Origin: Octopus sinensis
Lineage: Eukaryota
Assembly (NCBI RefSeq): GCF_006345805.1
Contig: NC_043002.1
Span: forward strand, 47,616,001-47,680,000
Reading direction: 5' to 3'
Length of the DNA: 64,000 nucleotides
The notes below the pieces were generated by a model. The model had not been told where the DNA came from. It worked only from the letters and a program-made list of their open reading frames with translations, and did not search any database. Below, in pieces: positions 14,383 to 26,327 of the stretch. The number at the start of each line of letters is the position of its first letter. Positions within the stretch are counted from its first letter, which is position 1. A program made the position numbers and the translations under genes.

Positions 14383-17300
14383 ACACACATATATATTGCC
14401 CAAGGAAGTTTAGTAACCAACTTTCAGTCAACATATAACTTACTGGTTTTGCATTGTATTCCTGAGCACTATTTGCTTTTCAACCAACGGAGCCTAGATG
14501 ACTTGCAGCGCACGTTTTATATTACATCACTGAAGCTGAGAAATTTGCTTTGGCACCAAAACAGCCTACAATCTATGTATTATGGAGGCACATACTATTG
14601 TCTATCTGGTCAGAACCAAGCAGAAATGAAAATTCAATCATAGATACCTTAAAAACAGATAGATAAATTATTGTAGCAGGAAGTCACCAAGTAAGCTTCA
14701 TACAGGCAAATTTTGTGAATTACACAGATAAGATGACATGATGTTCCTAATAAATATGTTTAAACTACTACAATAAATGATGAAGAGAAAGTAATCCTCC
14801 TAAATGATTCTCTGATTATGATGGGTAATTGATGTTGGCAATAGAACAAAATTCAAGATCATTATAATGATATTTTATTCAGTGGCATTGTGCCCCAAAA
14901 TTGATGAAATCATTGAAATGGAAATGACTTGAAAGGAGGTATTTTGTTAGATTGTGAAGAGTTGAAGATATTTTTCTATATCTTCATGGTGCACTACTGT
15001 AATTCACTCTATACAGGAAAATTCAGACACAGATCACCACTACTTTACATGAATTTTAATGATTATATTGGAAGTAACCATGAATTGTTAGCCTTCATAG
15101 GTTTCAAAAAACAAGAATTGAAAATTAAACACTGAAATTTTAAATCTAATACACTCAAGATGAAATTTACAGAACAGTCCAATGTTATAATGTAAATTTA
15201 CATTGTTTCAAAATGACTCCGAATACACTATGTAACTCTATGTTAGTTAATGGACAATAAACTCTCAGAGATCATTAATTTAAGATAATTAATGCAATAA
15301 TACTTTTGACCAAATATATAACGTCTTCCTCAGTTCTGAAATTCACAAACCTGTCAAATGTACTACATAAATGAATAGAAAGTGTGATGTATATTCATTG
15401 TCTGATATCAAAACCAAGTAGATTGCTCTTATAAAAGAAATGAAAAATGATACATATGTAAATATGCATGAATATATATCTATATGAACAAGCAAAGACA
15501 TACACACAGGTATGTGAGCGAGCCAGTAACTAATAAAATGACAAAGATTTTTTTGTTGTTATGTATGTGGAAAGAGGTAGTAGATTGAATTAGATAACTT
15601 TTGAAGTGTTTATGAGATTGTAATTGTACCAATGATTGTTTGAAAATGTATGTTTTGTAAGGGTATGTTTTCCCCTTTTTAGCACATACATAACTAAGGG
15701 CTTGAATGAGATACTATGAACACTAGTAAATTATAATTTTGCATTTCATCTTCCCTGCAACGTTAGATGATGCAAACTTAGTTTATATTAACTGTGAAAT
15801 CTATGAGTGTACAAGTAAGGCATCAGGATCTTGGATAGACACTAGAAACTATTATAGGTCTTCATTATGACAGATCTTTGGATAAAAGTAAATCAGGTTA
15901 GTTACTTCTCTCATGTGGCCACATTTGGTGTCAAAACTATTGACAGTGTAATAAAAACCAATCATGATGCAGACAACGTTGTATGCTGTACATATTTGAA
16001 CAGTATATATATTATTATATGTTATATCATATTTTGTGAACAACAATGTCATTTGGTTACAGGTTTCTAATAGGTTAATCTTTGATCTCCAGCATTTATG
16101 ATGGTGAGACTGACAGACTGTCAGGTGGAGCAATAACACATGGGATTCTTGTTTAAAAGCACCAGTTTATTAGTTTTCTCACCAATATTTACAGGTTTTA
16201 TTGATGCATACTGGCAAAAGATGTACACACACACACATACAGATAAGCCAAGAAGCTGAGAAAGCTCCTGGGTATTAGGAATGTTGCAAGACGTTGACCT
16301 TGTTGAAATGGCTCTATGAGAAGATAGAACCTGTATATGTGCTATGATGTGAATATATGCTATGGTGTTGAAAATGAAATATAGTTGTAGCAAACTGTAT
16401 TCAGACTATTGCAGAGTTGAGAAAAATATCAATTATTTGTAAAGTTTTGCTAAACTTAGATATGAAATACAGAGCTAAATGAAATCAAATTGATCTGTAA
16501 ACCTTTTGAATTGATATCAGTTATGGAAAGCATAAATGCAAAGATAATAACACACATACATACACAGATCAAGACCATGACTTGCTTGGTAAAAGTGATG
16601 TATTGAAATCTAAAAGTATTCCTTAGACAGAACATATAAATATATAAGAGTATGTTGGGTGAACCATAAACTAATACCTTCAAAAAAGAGAGGACTCAAT
16701 ACGTTTACATAATGAACAATGTTTTTTGAGAATAAGAAGGTTCAATACCTAAAAGTGGACAGTGGTTTCATTCCAAACTGAGCAAGAATATTCAGACATG
16801 TCACTAGCCATTGTGTGGCTTTGAAAATTCCAATTCTTACAACAGCAATACAACATATGCACACACACACAAGCACACACAAAAACACACACACATGCAC
16901 ACACACACACATATGCACACATACACACACACATGAACACACACACAAATGTATGTGTGCGTGAGTACAAATTTGTGCACACACACAAAGAATGCAGACA
17001 AACATACATGTATGTATGTATGCATGCATGTATACACACACACGTATATACATTATCTTTAACTTGTTTCAGTCAATGGACAACTGCTATACTGGGAAAC
17101 CACATTGAAGATTTCTTTTTAGTTGAACAAACTTATTTATAATTCTAGTATTTATTCTATCAGACTCTTATGTGAAACTGTTAAGTTATAGGGACATAAA
17201 CAGACCAACACCAATTTCCAAGTGGTGGTGGGACTAATATTGGCACAAACACACACACAGACATGCATACATACACACACATCTACTGGATTTCCACACA

Positions 17301-17421
17301 ATTTCATCACACAAATTCACCCACAAGGCCTATAACAGAAGACATATGTATAATGTACCATACAGTAGAGTTAAATCCAAAGCTATATAGTGCCAAAGTG
17401 AGATTCTTGACCATACATCTA

Positions 17422-17461
<40 letters not shown>

Positions 17462-17816
17462 ATATATATATTTATATATATATGAAATAAATGGAAATCC
17501 TGTAGTAGAGTATGCAGTTGGTCAATCTAATATAATAGATGATCATTGATTCATTGAATTAACAACTAAGAAACCGAATGTTCCACCAACATAGAAAACG
17601 TTCATGTAATTTCAGATAGAATCAGTATGAAACAGCATGGTGGTGTGACAAACTCGGACCTTTGGATTACAATTTAAATTCATTTGATGGGCTTCTGCAC
17701 AGTTTCCATCGGCTCAATTCACTCACAAGCCTCAAGATCTCATACTGTGAGATGAAACGTCAGTCCTTATGATAGTAAAGCAAGCTTCTGAACCATTTAA
17801 ACATAGTGTACCTTCC

Positions 17817-17849
<33 letters not shown>

Positions 17850-17883
17850 CATGCATATAGATCCATATATATATATTCATGTT

Positions 17884-18240
17884 TTTCTTTTATTCTTTTA
17901 CTTGTCTCAGTCATTTGACTGTGGCCATGCAGCAGCACTGCCTTTAGATAAAGAAAGTGACCTCAGAACTTATTCTTTGGAAGCCTAGTACTTATTCTAT
18001 TGATCTCTTTTGCTGAACCACTAAGTCATGGGGGTTGTAAACACACCAAAATTGGTTGTCAAGTGATGGTGGGGGTGACAAACACAGACACACAAACATA
18101 TACATATATATGACAGGCTTCTTTCAGTTTCCATCTACCGAATCTACTCACAAAGCTTTGGTCAGCCTGAAACTATAGTAGAAGACACTTGCCCAAGGTG
18201 CCACGCAGTGAGACTGAACTTCATACCACACAGCCACACA
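17884..18240 (-). mobile_element. tRNA-derived SINE, family A (octopus OK/OR-type), 5' region partly deleted
   Basis: Reverse complement of the copy at 44398-44815 (shared motifs gaagacacttgcccaaggtgccacgcagtg and tacttattct..., and the tail cttttacttgtctcagtcatttgactg). Confidence 0.85.
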
Positions 18241-18364
18241 TGTGTCTATATGTATATAAATATATATAAATAATCAGAAAACAAAGAAAAAACTCAGATT
18301 AACAAACACATTGACTGGACCACACTTATAGTTTATTTTTTAATTCAAAGCATAACATAGCGAA

Positions 18365-18562
18365 TAGATGACATAACAAATCTTACAGCTGTTTCATTTG
18401 TAGCCAAATGCTGTCTATAAATAATTGCGTAAAGCCAAATGCTGTCTAGAAATAATTGCGAGAATAAAAGAATTTTATTTTCGCAATTATTTATAGACAG
18501 TGTTTGGCTATGGATGTGGAAATGGCCATAAGGTCTGTTACATCACCTATTTGTTATGTCAT
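18365..18562. mobile_element. Palindromic MITE-like element with an internal 31-bp tandem duplication
   Basis: tagccaaatgctgtctataaataattgcg (18401) pairs with cgcaattatttatagacagtgtttggcta (18482-18510); the left arm is repeated at 18433; outer atgacataacaaat pairs with atttgttatgtcat. Confidence 0.75.
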
Positions 18563-18824
18563 GATTTGTATTAAAAATTAAGCTATAAATGTGGTCCATC
18601 TGATGTGTTTGTTAATCTGAGGTTTTCTCTATTTTCTGATTATTTGTATTTGTTTCCTGATAAACTCTTGTTTATCCTGTTGTTACCTGCACTCTACGTG
18701 CATAGTGTGCCTGCACACCAATGCCTGGGGATAACACGAGTAACAGATACTGATAGTACATATGGATATTTTATCCCTAAGTTGGTTATTATAACCACTA
18801 ACTCTGTTTGCACTATAAACATAT

Positions 18825-18937
18825 ATATATATTAAAAATGGGAAAGGTTGGTTTATGGGATTACCTTAGGTTTCCCATCCTTAAAGGGGGAACCTAAGAT
18901 AATCCCATAAAGTGGCCTTCCCCATTTTTAATATATA
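18825..18937. repeat. Inverted repeat, ~50-bp arms
   Basis: atatattaaaaatgggaaaggttggtttatgggattaccttaggtttccc versus ggggaacctaagataatcccataaagtggccttccccatttttaatatat. Confidence 0.85.
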
Positions 18938-19007
18938 CTGCTCTACATCTTAAAGTGTGCTTCTTCTTTTGGATTTATGTTTTTTACAAATGATCTATCT
19001 ATCTATC

Positions 19008-19053
<46 letters not shown>

Positions 19054-19057
19054 TAGA

Positions 19058-19170
19058 TATTGGCCTGCTCGCTTAGCCAGCGGGGTGATGTCATTCGAAG
19101 GCTAAAACAATGCGAATGCATTGTGACCAGCGATGTGTAACAACATCTGATGGTCTGGTCAATCACGTGA
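19058..19170. repeat. Short (~112 bp) GC-rich unclassified interspersed element between microsatellites
   Basis: tattggcctgctcgcttagccagcgggg...aatcacgtga retains several CpGs and is flanked by (TA)(GA) and (TA) runs; class unknown. Confidence 0.45.
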
Positions 19171-19329
19171 TATATAGATATATATATACACTTATATATG
19201 TATACATACTTATACAAAATATATATGTATCATTTTATCTTTTATCTTTCACTGGTTTCAGCCAAGGGCTCAGGCTATGCTGAAGCACTGTCTTCCAGTG
19301 TTTGGGTTTCGTTTCTGTATTGTTTTTGG

Positions 19330-19470
19330 TGAAGCACCAAGTTGAATAGAGCTGCTCTTCTTTGAGCCTCCTACCATGGTGTGGCTTCATCTTGATATTT
19401 CAGGTGTTTGTGTAGATGCTCTTGGAAGACTACATCTTGCAAATCTCTGAGGTTGTTTGGCAGAGAGTAA
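19330..19470 (-). mobile_element. Decayed CR1/L2-clade LINE 3' coding fragment
   Basis: Minus translation resembles the CR1/L2 ORF2 end (SLPNNLRDLQDVVFQEHLHKHL...EATP...QRRAALFN). Confidence 0.45.
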
Positions 19471-19503
19471 ACACACACACACACACACATACACACACAC
19501 ACA

Positions 19504-19721
19504 TGAGGGGATGCTGAAGAGTTCCAGGCTTTGGGTAAAAGAATGTGCCGGAGGATCAGTTTAATTATGATTTTATTCTACATATTCTACAGTCAGATTT
19601 GCACACTTATTGCAGCAGTCCTTCAGCCTTACCAAGCCCTATAAAAGATCCTGGAAGGTCGGGCCTCCAGCCAGGCCTTCTGCAATACCCTTAAAGCCAA
19701 CCACCTTTCAGCACCCCCTCA
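19504..19721. mobile_element. Mariner-type MITE, 218 bp
   Basis: Left TIR tgaggggatgctgaagagttccaggctttgggta; right end reverse-complements to tgagggggtgctgaaaggtggttggctttaagggta; TA at 19722-19723 (left flank is CA). Confidence 0.7.
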
Positions 19722-20729
19722 TATATATATAATCAGCTTTAACTGTACTAGATCAGTGCTTAGAAAAGGAATAGACCCTACAACGTTATTCAAACCTCAT
19801 ATCTTTCATAATCTGAGTTATTGTATTACCAAGTTCTCTACAGAGTAACTGCTATCTCTCTCTCTATCTTGCTATCCCTTCTCTCTATCACTTTCGCTTT
19901 CTCTTTCTGTATTAATTTTCCTGGTATGAAATGTAAATTCTATCTTGATAAATTTCACATTTGTTTTTCAGGTAATTTATCAGACACTCAGGTCCCAACT
20001 GCTTACTAGTGTCCCAGAACCCATCTTTAATGTATATTGTTTTTTTAGATTTATGCAGTTAAAATATTAGCCTGTAATTGATAAATACTCACACACATAC
20101 ACACACACTCACAATACATACATAGTACATACATATATATATTATTTCCCATCTAATCATTCCTTTCAGTTTTTGTAATACTCGATCTCAGTAACATCAA
20201 AGTTGCATTTCCTCAGGAAATATATTCATGTATACTGTGGAAACAAGATGAGGTATTTGACTATTGAACATTGACAGTTTAAAACCATTGCAGTGCATTG
20301 CAACAGGAAAGTACGCTTAATTCTATGTCACAAGTTACTTAGCAGTAAGCTAGAGACACATTGCTTTAGAAAATAATTGCAAATGAATATCCTTTCATTG
20401 ATGGATAGCCTTGGATATAAAGCATCTGTTGACTGTATTTATGACACAAGTGCTTGGTACATATGTATGGATGTACATATAATAGTAGTAAGAAGGCATA
20501 GAATGCAGAACTAATTTTATGTTCAATTTGTTGCCATCTAGTCATTTTTCTTCCATAGTATATGTAAAATTACATTATTGAAAATGTCGTCTTTTTTTTT
20601 TTTAATAAAGTTCATATTGCAGGGATTTATAAAAACATAATGCAAATTGAATAACATACAGAGTTTCCTTCATGGGTCCAGCATAGATTAATATATATGT
20701 GCTTGAGGACGGGTGTATGTATGTATGTA

Positions 20730-20776
<47 letters not shown>

Positions 20777-21095
20777 CTGTTCATAAGCACACACCACACA
20801 CAGAATTTATAAATTCTGTACTTGGAATGACCAAGTTTAAATACTGCTGGATCTCACTCATAATGTATTAGAATCTTACATTGTCTATAAACTCTATATT
20901 TGGAAGGACCCGTTTTAAATTCTGTTGGATTTCACTCATAAATTATTGGAATCTTACATATATACCATTCTGCCTAAAAAATGGATCTATAACTTCAATA
21001 TCCCTACATATCTTACATCTATTTTCTTTCCTCCACCTCACTCTCTATTTTGTATCCTATCTAAATTAACTATTACTTAACCATCCTCTCACACT

Positions 21096-21147
21096 GTCTC
21101 CGATGAAGGGATATAATGAAAAAATATCCTGGAAACAGCTGTAAGAC
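21096..21147 (+). ncRNA. Degenerate type I hammerhead ribozyme motif (Penelope-like pLTR remnant)
   Basis: GTCT-CCGATGA-A-GGGATAT..ATATCCT-G-GAAA-CAGCTGT-A-AGAC: stem I GTCT/AGAC, stem II 7 bp, palindromic stem III ACAGCTGT, GUA cleavage triplet. The core has U4C and one extra G. Confidence 0.6.
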
Positions 21148-21939
21148 CTTCTAACTATAAATGTTCTAATATCTACACAGCCTTGGGTTTTTTTCTCATT
21201 ACGCAAAAAAATCTTATATATATATATATACACACAAGGAAGTATGAGCGTGTGTGTGTGAGTAATGAAGTCATGTTTGTTACTTCTATGCAACATAGAA
21301 TACATAAATACATAATTCAATATTTACAGCTAAGAAAATAATTGAATAGAAAGCAAAATAAAGTGAAAAGAACATTCTTTACTTTCCACTGTGTGTGCAT
21401 ATGTGAATCTGTCTTTCTGTCTCTCTGTCTATCTATCTATCTATCTGTCTATCTATCTGTCTGTCTGTCTGCCTGTCTGTCTGTCTCTGTCTCTGTCTTT
21501 CTCTGTGTGTGTATATATATGCACATATTTCTATATATTTGCTTGTGTATATTGATTATATAAACACGCTGTATGTGTGTGTGTACATATATATATTATA
21601 TTATATCATATTATATATATTATATTATATTATATATATATATACACATACTGTTATTTGAAATGTAATAGAGCATGAGAAAATATGTTTTTAAGCATGT
21701 GAGTATGCATGAAACACGAAATATACCTTTATATACTGAAATATATAAATCACAAAGAAGTGTAACAAAACTATTGGTTCTATTATGTATCATGGAAATT
21801 TGGGAACAAATATGTTGATTTATCAAGATACAAACAGGAGATACCCTTTTACACTTTAACTTGATGCAGCCATTGAACTCTGGCCATGCTTGTAGAGCAA
21901 ATAAAACAAATCAACTCCAATACTTATTTTAAATTTAAC

Positions 21940-22060
21940 TACTTATTCTATTGGACTCTTGTAGGAACATAAACACAAAAATACCGGTTGTCAAGTGATG
22001 GATGGGCAAACACAATCATAAGGACACACGTACTTACATGCCCGCACACACACACACGCA
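21940..22060 (-). mobile_element. SINE family A 3' fragment
   Basis: tacttattctattgg...ccggttgtcaagtgatgg...caaacac matches the family A tail in reverse. Confidence 0.7.
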
Positions 22061-22094
22061 TTATTATTATTAGATTCTCATCAGAGGTGGATAC

Positions 22095-22214
22095 ATCAAT
22101 GGCCATATCATGTTGAATACAACAGTTTTCATCCAATCACTGAAGTTAAGCAATATTGAGCCTAGTTAGTACTTTGATGGGTGACCACTTGGGAAACCCA
22201 GGTGCTGGAAGCAT
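22095..22214 (+). pseudogene. 5S rRNA: 5S rRNA pseudogene (full length, CpG-decayed)
   Basis: atcaatggccatatcatgttgaatacaacagttttcatccaatcactgaagttaagcaatattgagcctagttagtactttgatgggtgaccacttgggaaacccaggtgctggaagcat is colinear over ~120 nt with metazoan 5S, including box A (gaagttaagc) and box C (gatgggtgacc). Most differences are CG to TG/CA. Confidence 0.9.
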
Positions 22215-22227
22215 CTCACACTTTAAA

Positions 22228-22461
22228 GGCAGTGAACTGGCAGAATTGTTAGCATGCTAGGTGAAATGCTTCGTGGCATTTCATACATCATTACATTCTG
22301 AATTCAAATTCTGCCATGGTTGACTTTGCCTTTCATCCTTTCGGGGTTGATAAAATAAGTACCAGTTGAGCACAGGGGTTAATGTAATCGACTGTTCTCC
22401 TACCCCAAATTTCAGGCCTTGTGCCTATAGTAGAAAGGATTATTATTATTATTATTATTAT
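22228..22461 (+). mobile_element. tRNA-derived SINE, family B, with (ATT)n tail
   Basis: Head ggcagtgaactggcagaattgttagc; body gttcaaatt-like ...gactttgcctttcatcctttcggggttgataaaataagtaccag; (ATT)n tail. Confidence 0.85.
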
Positions 22462-22759
22462 TGTTGTTGTTGTTGTTAATACAGTACAATATTCTCATAT
22501 ATGCTACTTTACCAAAAAGTTTAATTCAAGCATTGAGGTAACCCCAGTAATCCTCAGGAAATGCTAAAAGGATTAAACTATTCTTTTCTTGATGATTGAT
22601 GGGTTTATCACAAACTTTGTATGAAACCGATTGGCAAGGTGAATTATGAGAATATAATATTGTATTTTATTAATAATATACATACATATGTATATATGTA
22701 TATGTATGTGTGTGTGTGAGTATGTATTTATATGTGCACGCCCACTACATATAAGTACA

Positions 22760-22910
22760 AAGGGCTTTCACATATTTTATGCCCACCAAATTCCCTTGCA
22801 AAGCATTGGTTGACTTGGGGCTATAGTAGAAGACACTTGCCCAAGATGTCATGTGGTGGGACTGAACCCAAAATCACATGGTTGCACACTTCATAACTCT
22901 ACTTGCACCC
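22760..22910 (-). mobile_element. SINE family A 5' fragment
   Basis: gctatagtagaagacacttgcccaagatgtcatgtggtgggactgaaccc matches the family A head in reverse. Confidence 0.75.
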
Positions 22911-23358
22911 ATTCAAAAATGAACTGTAAAAAACACATCCTAAATGTTCAGTATCTTGGGGAATAGGTCCAGTGTGATTTAGATATTGAGTGACAGCTTA
23001 TGAAATTATTTAAAAGTAAAATTTGCTGATTATGAAAACAAAATGCTTGTCTTTTAGGTCATATAAGTTTTTCATTATGTGGAAATGTTATTTCTTTGTA
23101 GCTATGTTTTTTCTACTTCATCTTGTGTTAATCATATACTGCTTTTGTAATTTAAAGAACAGGTAGTACCAAATCCAATAAAACTTTCTACAGCCAGTAC
23201 TGCTGGTCACTTTTTATGTGAGCTCTAAGGATTTTCTCAAGTGACATAAGTAAACTTATTAATCAAGTACTTGAAAAATAAATAGTTTTAGGTGTAATTT
23301 TCATGCTTTACAACCGACCTACCTACCTACATACATACACACATACATACATGCATAC

Positions 23359-24054
23359 AAACAAACAAACAAATATATGCATATATATGAATATATATAT
23401 ATATATATATATGTATGGGGGTGGGTGTTGTGTCAACTGAAATAGCAGCCGAATGTTGGAAATGTTGGCTTTGGGATTTAAAAAAAATTTTATACTATGT
23501 TAAATTATTTGGAATGTCCTTCATTGTAAAGTATACATCTGAAGAGAACAGTTTCTTTGGAATTGATATAATGTTCTCATTTATTTCTTTACTGCCCACA
23601 AGGGGCTACACATAGAGGGAACAAACAAGGACAGACAAACGGATTAAGTTGATTATATCGACCCCAGTGCGGAACTGGTACTTATTTAATCAACCCCGAA
23701 AGAATGAAACAAACAAACAAATATATGCATATATATGAATATATATATATATATATATGTATGGGGGTGGGTGTTGTGTCAACTGAAATAGCAGCCGAAT
23801 GTTGGAAATGTTGGCTTTGGGATTTAAAAAAAATTTTATACTATGTTAAATTATTTGGAATGTCCTTCATTGTAAAGTATACATCTGAAGAGAACAGTTT
23901 CTTTGGAATTGATATAATGTTCTCATTTATTTCTTTACTGCCCACAAGGGGCTACACATAGAGGGAACAAACAAGGACAGACAAACGGATTAAGTTGATT
24001 ATATCGACCCCAGTGCGGAACTGGTACTTATTTAATCAACCCCGAAAGAATGAA
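23359..24054. repeat. Direct tandem duplication, unit 346-348 bp
   Basis: Copies start near 23359 and 23707 and are identical by eye except (AT)11 versus (AT)10. Confidence 0.95.
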
Positions 24055-24125
24055 AGGCAAAGCCGACCTCGGCGGAATTTGGACTAGAATGTAGCAGTTA
24101 ACGTTTCTGCCAGCTTGTCGCTTAA
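23922..24125 (-). mobile_element. SINE family B (minus); its 3' part is also duplicated at 23576-23706
   Basis: ttatttctttactgcccacaagggg...accccagtgcggaactggtactt...gaaaggcaaagccgacctcggcggaatttg...ttctgccagcttgtcgcctt. Confidence 0.9.
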
Positions 24126-24399
24126 TGATATAATAATATAATGTCCTCATTAATCAATTAAAGGAGTTGTTAGAAGCAGCTGTAATGCATCAATACCTGT
24201 CCTTCATTTGTAATTTATTTATATATATATATAAATGCATATAACCAGGAATTCATACTGAGTACTACATAAAAATACTGAGATTTTATCATATTCAAAC
24301 TTAGCTTATAATTGCATATAATCCAGTGTAATGAGGGAAATAATTCTCAACTTCAAAGATACGAACAAGCTCTACAATATAGTTTGAATGCATTTTTTC

Positions 24400-25400
24400 C
24401 TGCTCGTAAATTCAAACACACATGGGCATGAAACTGAGTGAGGCTCAGTTTTCTGCTCCCTTCAGCTTATTATAATCTTTCAGAGTATTACAGAAGCTTA
24501 AGACCAGTTGTCCAAGCGAACACCTGTATACTGACAATCTAGTTCTTATTGCTGAATCTGTATTAGAATTACAGGAGAAATTCCAGAGAAAATAAGGAAG
24601 CAAAATCTAGAATCAAAAGACCTCTAAATAAATTTAGCAAAAACTAAAGTTTTAGTTGGAAAGAAAGGAATCAGAACCCCACAGATACCAGAGAAATAGA
24701 TGTACATGATATTCAGAAAAGGAGTTGAATATATTATTATAGAATATGGCGTACTTAGAGTAAACTATGAAGATACAGGAGCTGTTGTCAGATCATGGGC
24801 AAATGTATGAAGGCTACCTTCTTCAAGGTAGCCTTCATACATGGTCTGTGCACAGAAGTCGGTAGGAAGAAAACACATCAAATAAATACTTTCAAATATC
24901 TGGAAGGCTCCCTATATGTAACTTGTAACTTCTGCTACCTAGTCTGCTGTGTTCATTTATCAAAGTGAAGAACAAATCATGGTATTTGTGTGAGGGTTAT
25001 GATGCTGCTTGGTAACAAGATGTGAGCTTTGAATGCAGAGAGACAGTAAAAGTTAAAATGAAATGAAACAAATATGCTGGATGTGTAATGTTAGTATGCT
25101 CAAACACTAATGGAAAATGGGTTGAGAGGGACAATGGATATATAGTAATTAGATGTAATGGGTAAGGGAGAAGATTGTGCTGGAAAAGCATGTGATAGGT
25201 ACGGAAGACGTCAGTTCTATAAAAGTGCTGAGCTCTCATGTGGGTGGAACCTGAAGAATGGGAGAAACTTAGAAAAACTTGGGATGATGCTTGAAGGAAA
25301 ATACAAATAACTGATGATTAATGGCACATAGTGTTGGAGAGGTTATACCCACCCAAGTAAGTATGGTAAAATAGACACAATGTGTAGTAGTGATTGAGGT
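24400..25400 (+). mobile_element. Heavily decayed RTE-clade LINE (RT C-terminal half)
   Basis: Translatable remnants HLYTDNLVLIAESVLELQEKF (YADD-like motif at 24527-24538) and KQNLESKDL*INLAKTKVLVG; later segments resemble the RTE LRWMCNVS and RPRKTWDE motifs; many stops and frameshifts. Confidence 0.75.
24803..24842. repeat. Perfect 18-bp inverted repeat with 4-nt loop
   Basis: atgtatgaaggctacctt-cttc-aaggtagccttcatacat. Confidence 0.95.
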
Positions 25401-26246
25401 TGGGATGCATTGTAGGTTCATCATCTGTTGCCCTATCCTTCTCTTTGTTACCCTCCCAGTTGTCATTCACCCTCTCTTCTATCACTGTATTGCATCAGCT
25501 GTACAACAAAGGATGGCATCAGATTTGCCCATATTCAATCTCCTCTACAATCACTTTCTTTATTACTAGCCATCATTGTCTCTGTCTCACATTACTCTCT
25601 TTCTTATCACCCTCTATTGACATCCATCACTCGCCCTGTGTCTATCACTCATCCTCTTATCAGGTGATCTCTACAACAGTGCTTCACTGCAACTTCCTTT
25701 CCCATAGCAACCATATCTAGCCTGTTGTGCTTGTACTGGGTTGCTGATTTCACAGGAATATTCTACCAGTATTCATAATTTTGAAAAGTGTAGATGCTCA
25801 ATGGTTGTAGTGTGTTTTTGGTACAACTATCAGGACATTACAAACAGTTTTAGCAACAATGCCATGCCTCATGGGTACATTGTATTTTACAGATATTTTG
25901 GGGAAGGTATTGATGATATGAGTGATATCTTTCTCACTGGCATTGACACTTTCTATCACAGAATGACAATTTTAAGTCATCCATATCTCTTTTATTGCAT
26001 TTAGTAGCTATGTATGTATGTATGTATGTGTGTGTGTGTATATATATATATATACACATACATACATACCAGCACAGACAGTGTATATTATCATAACAGC
26101 TTTCTACCTCCTGTTTGAAGAGAGGTTATATGCCCGCATCCATTGGAGTCTGACGAATCATCTAAAGCTAACTGTTTTATGGATGCAAAACTATTGGTCA
26201 CTCTATGGCCAGGCATATATTTAACTTCATGTAAATATATATATAT

Positions 26247-26327
<81 letters not shown>

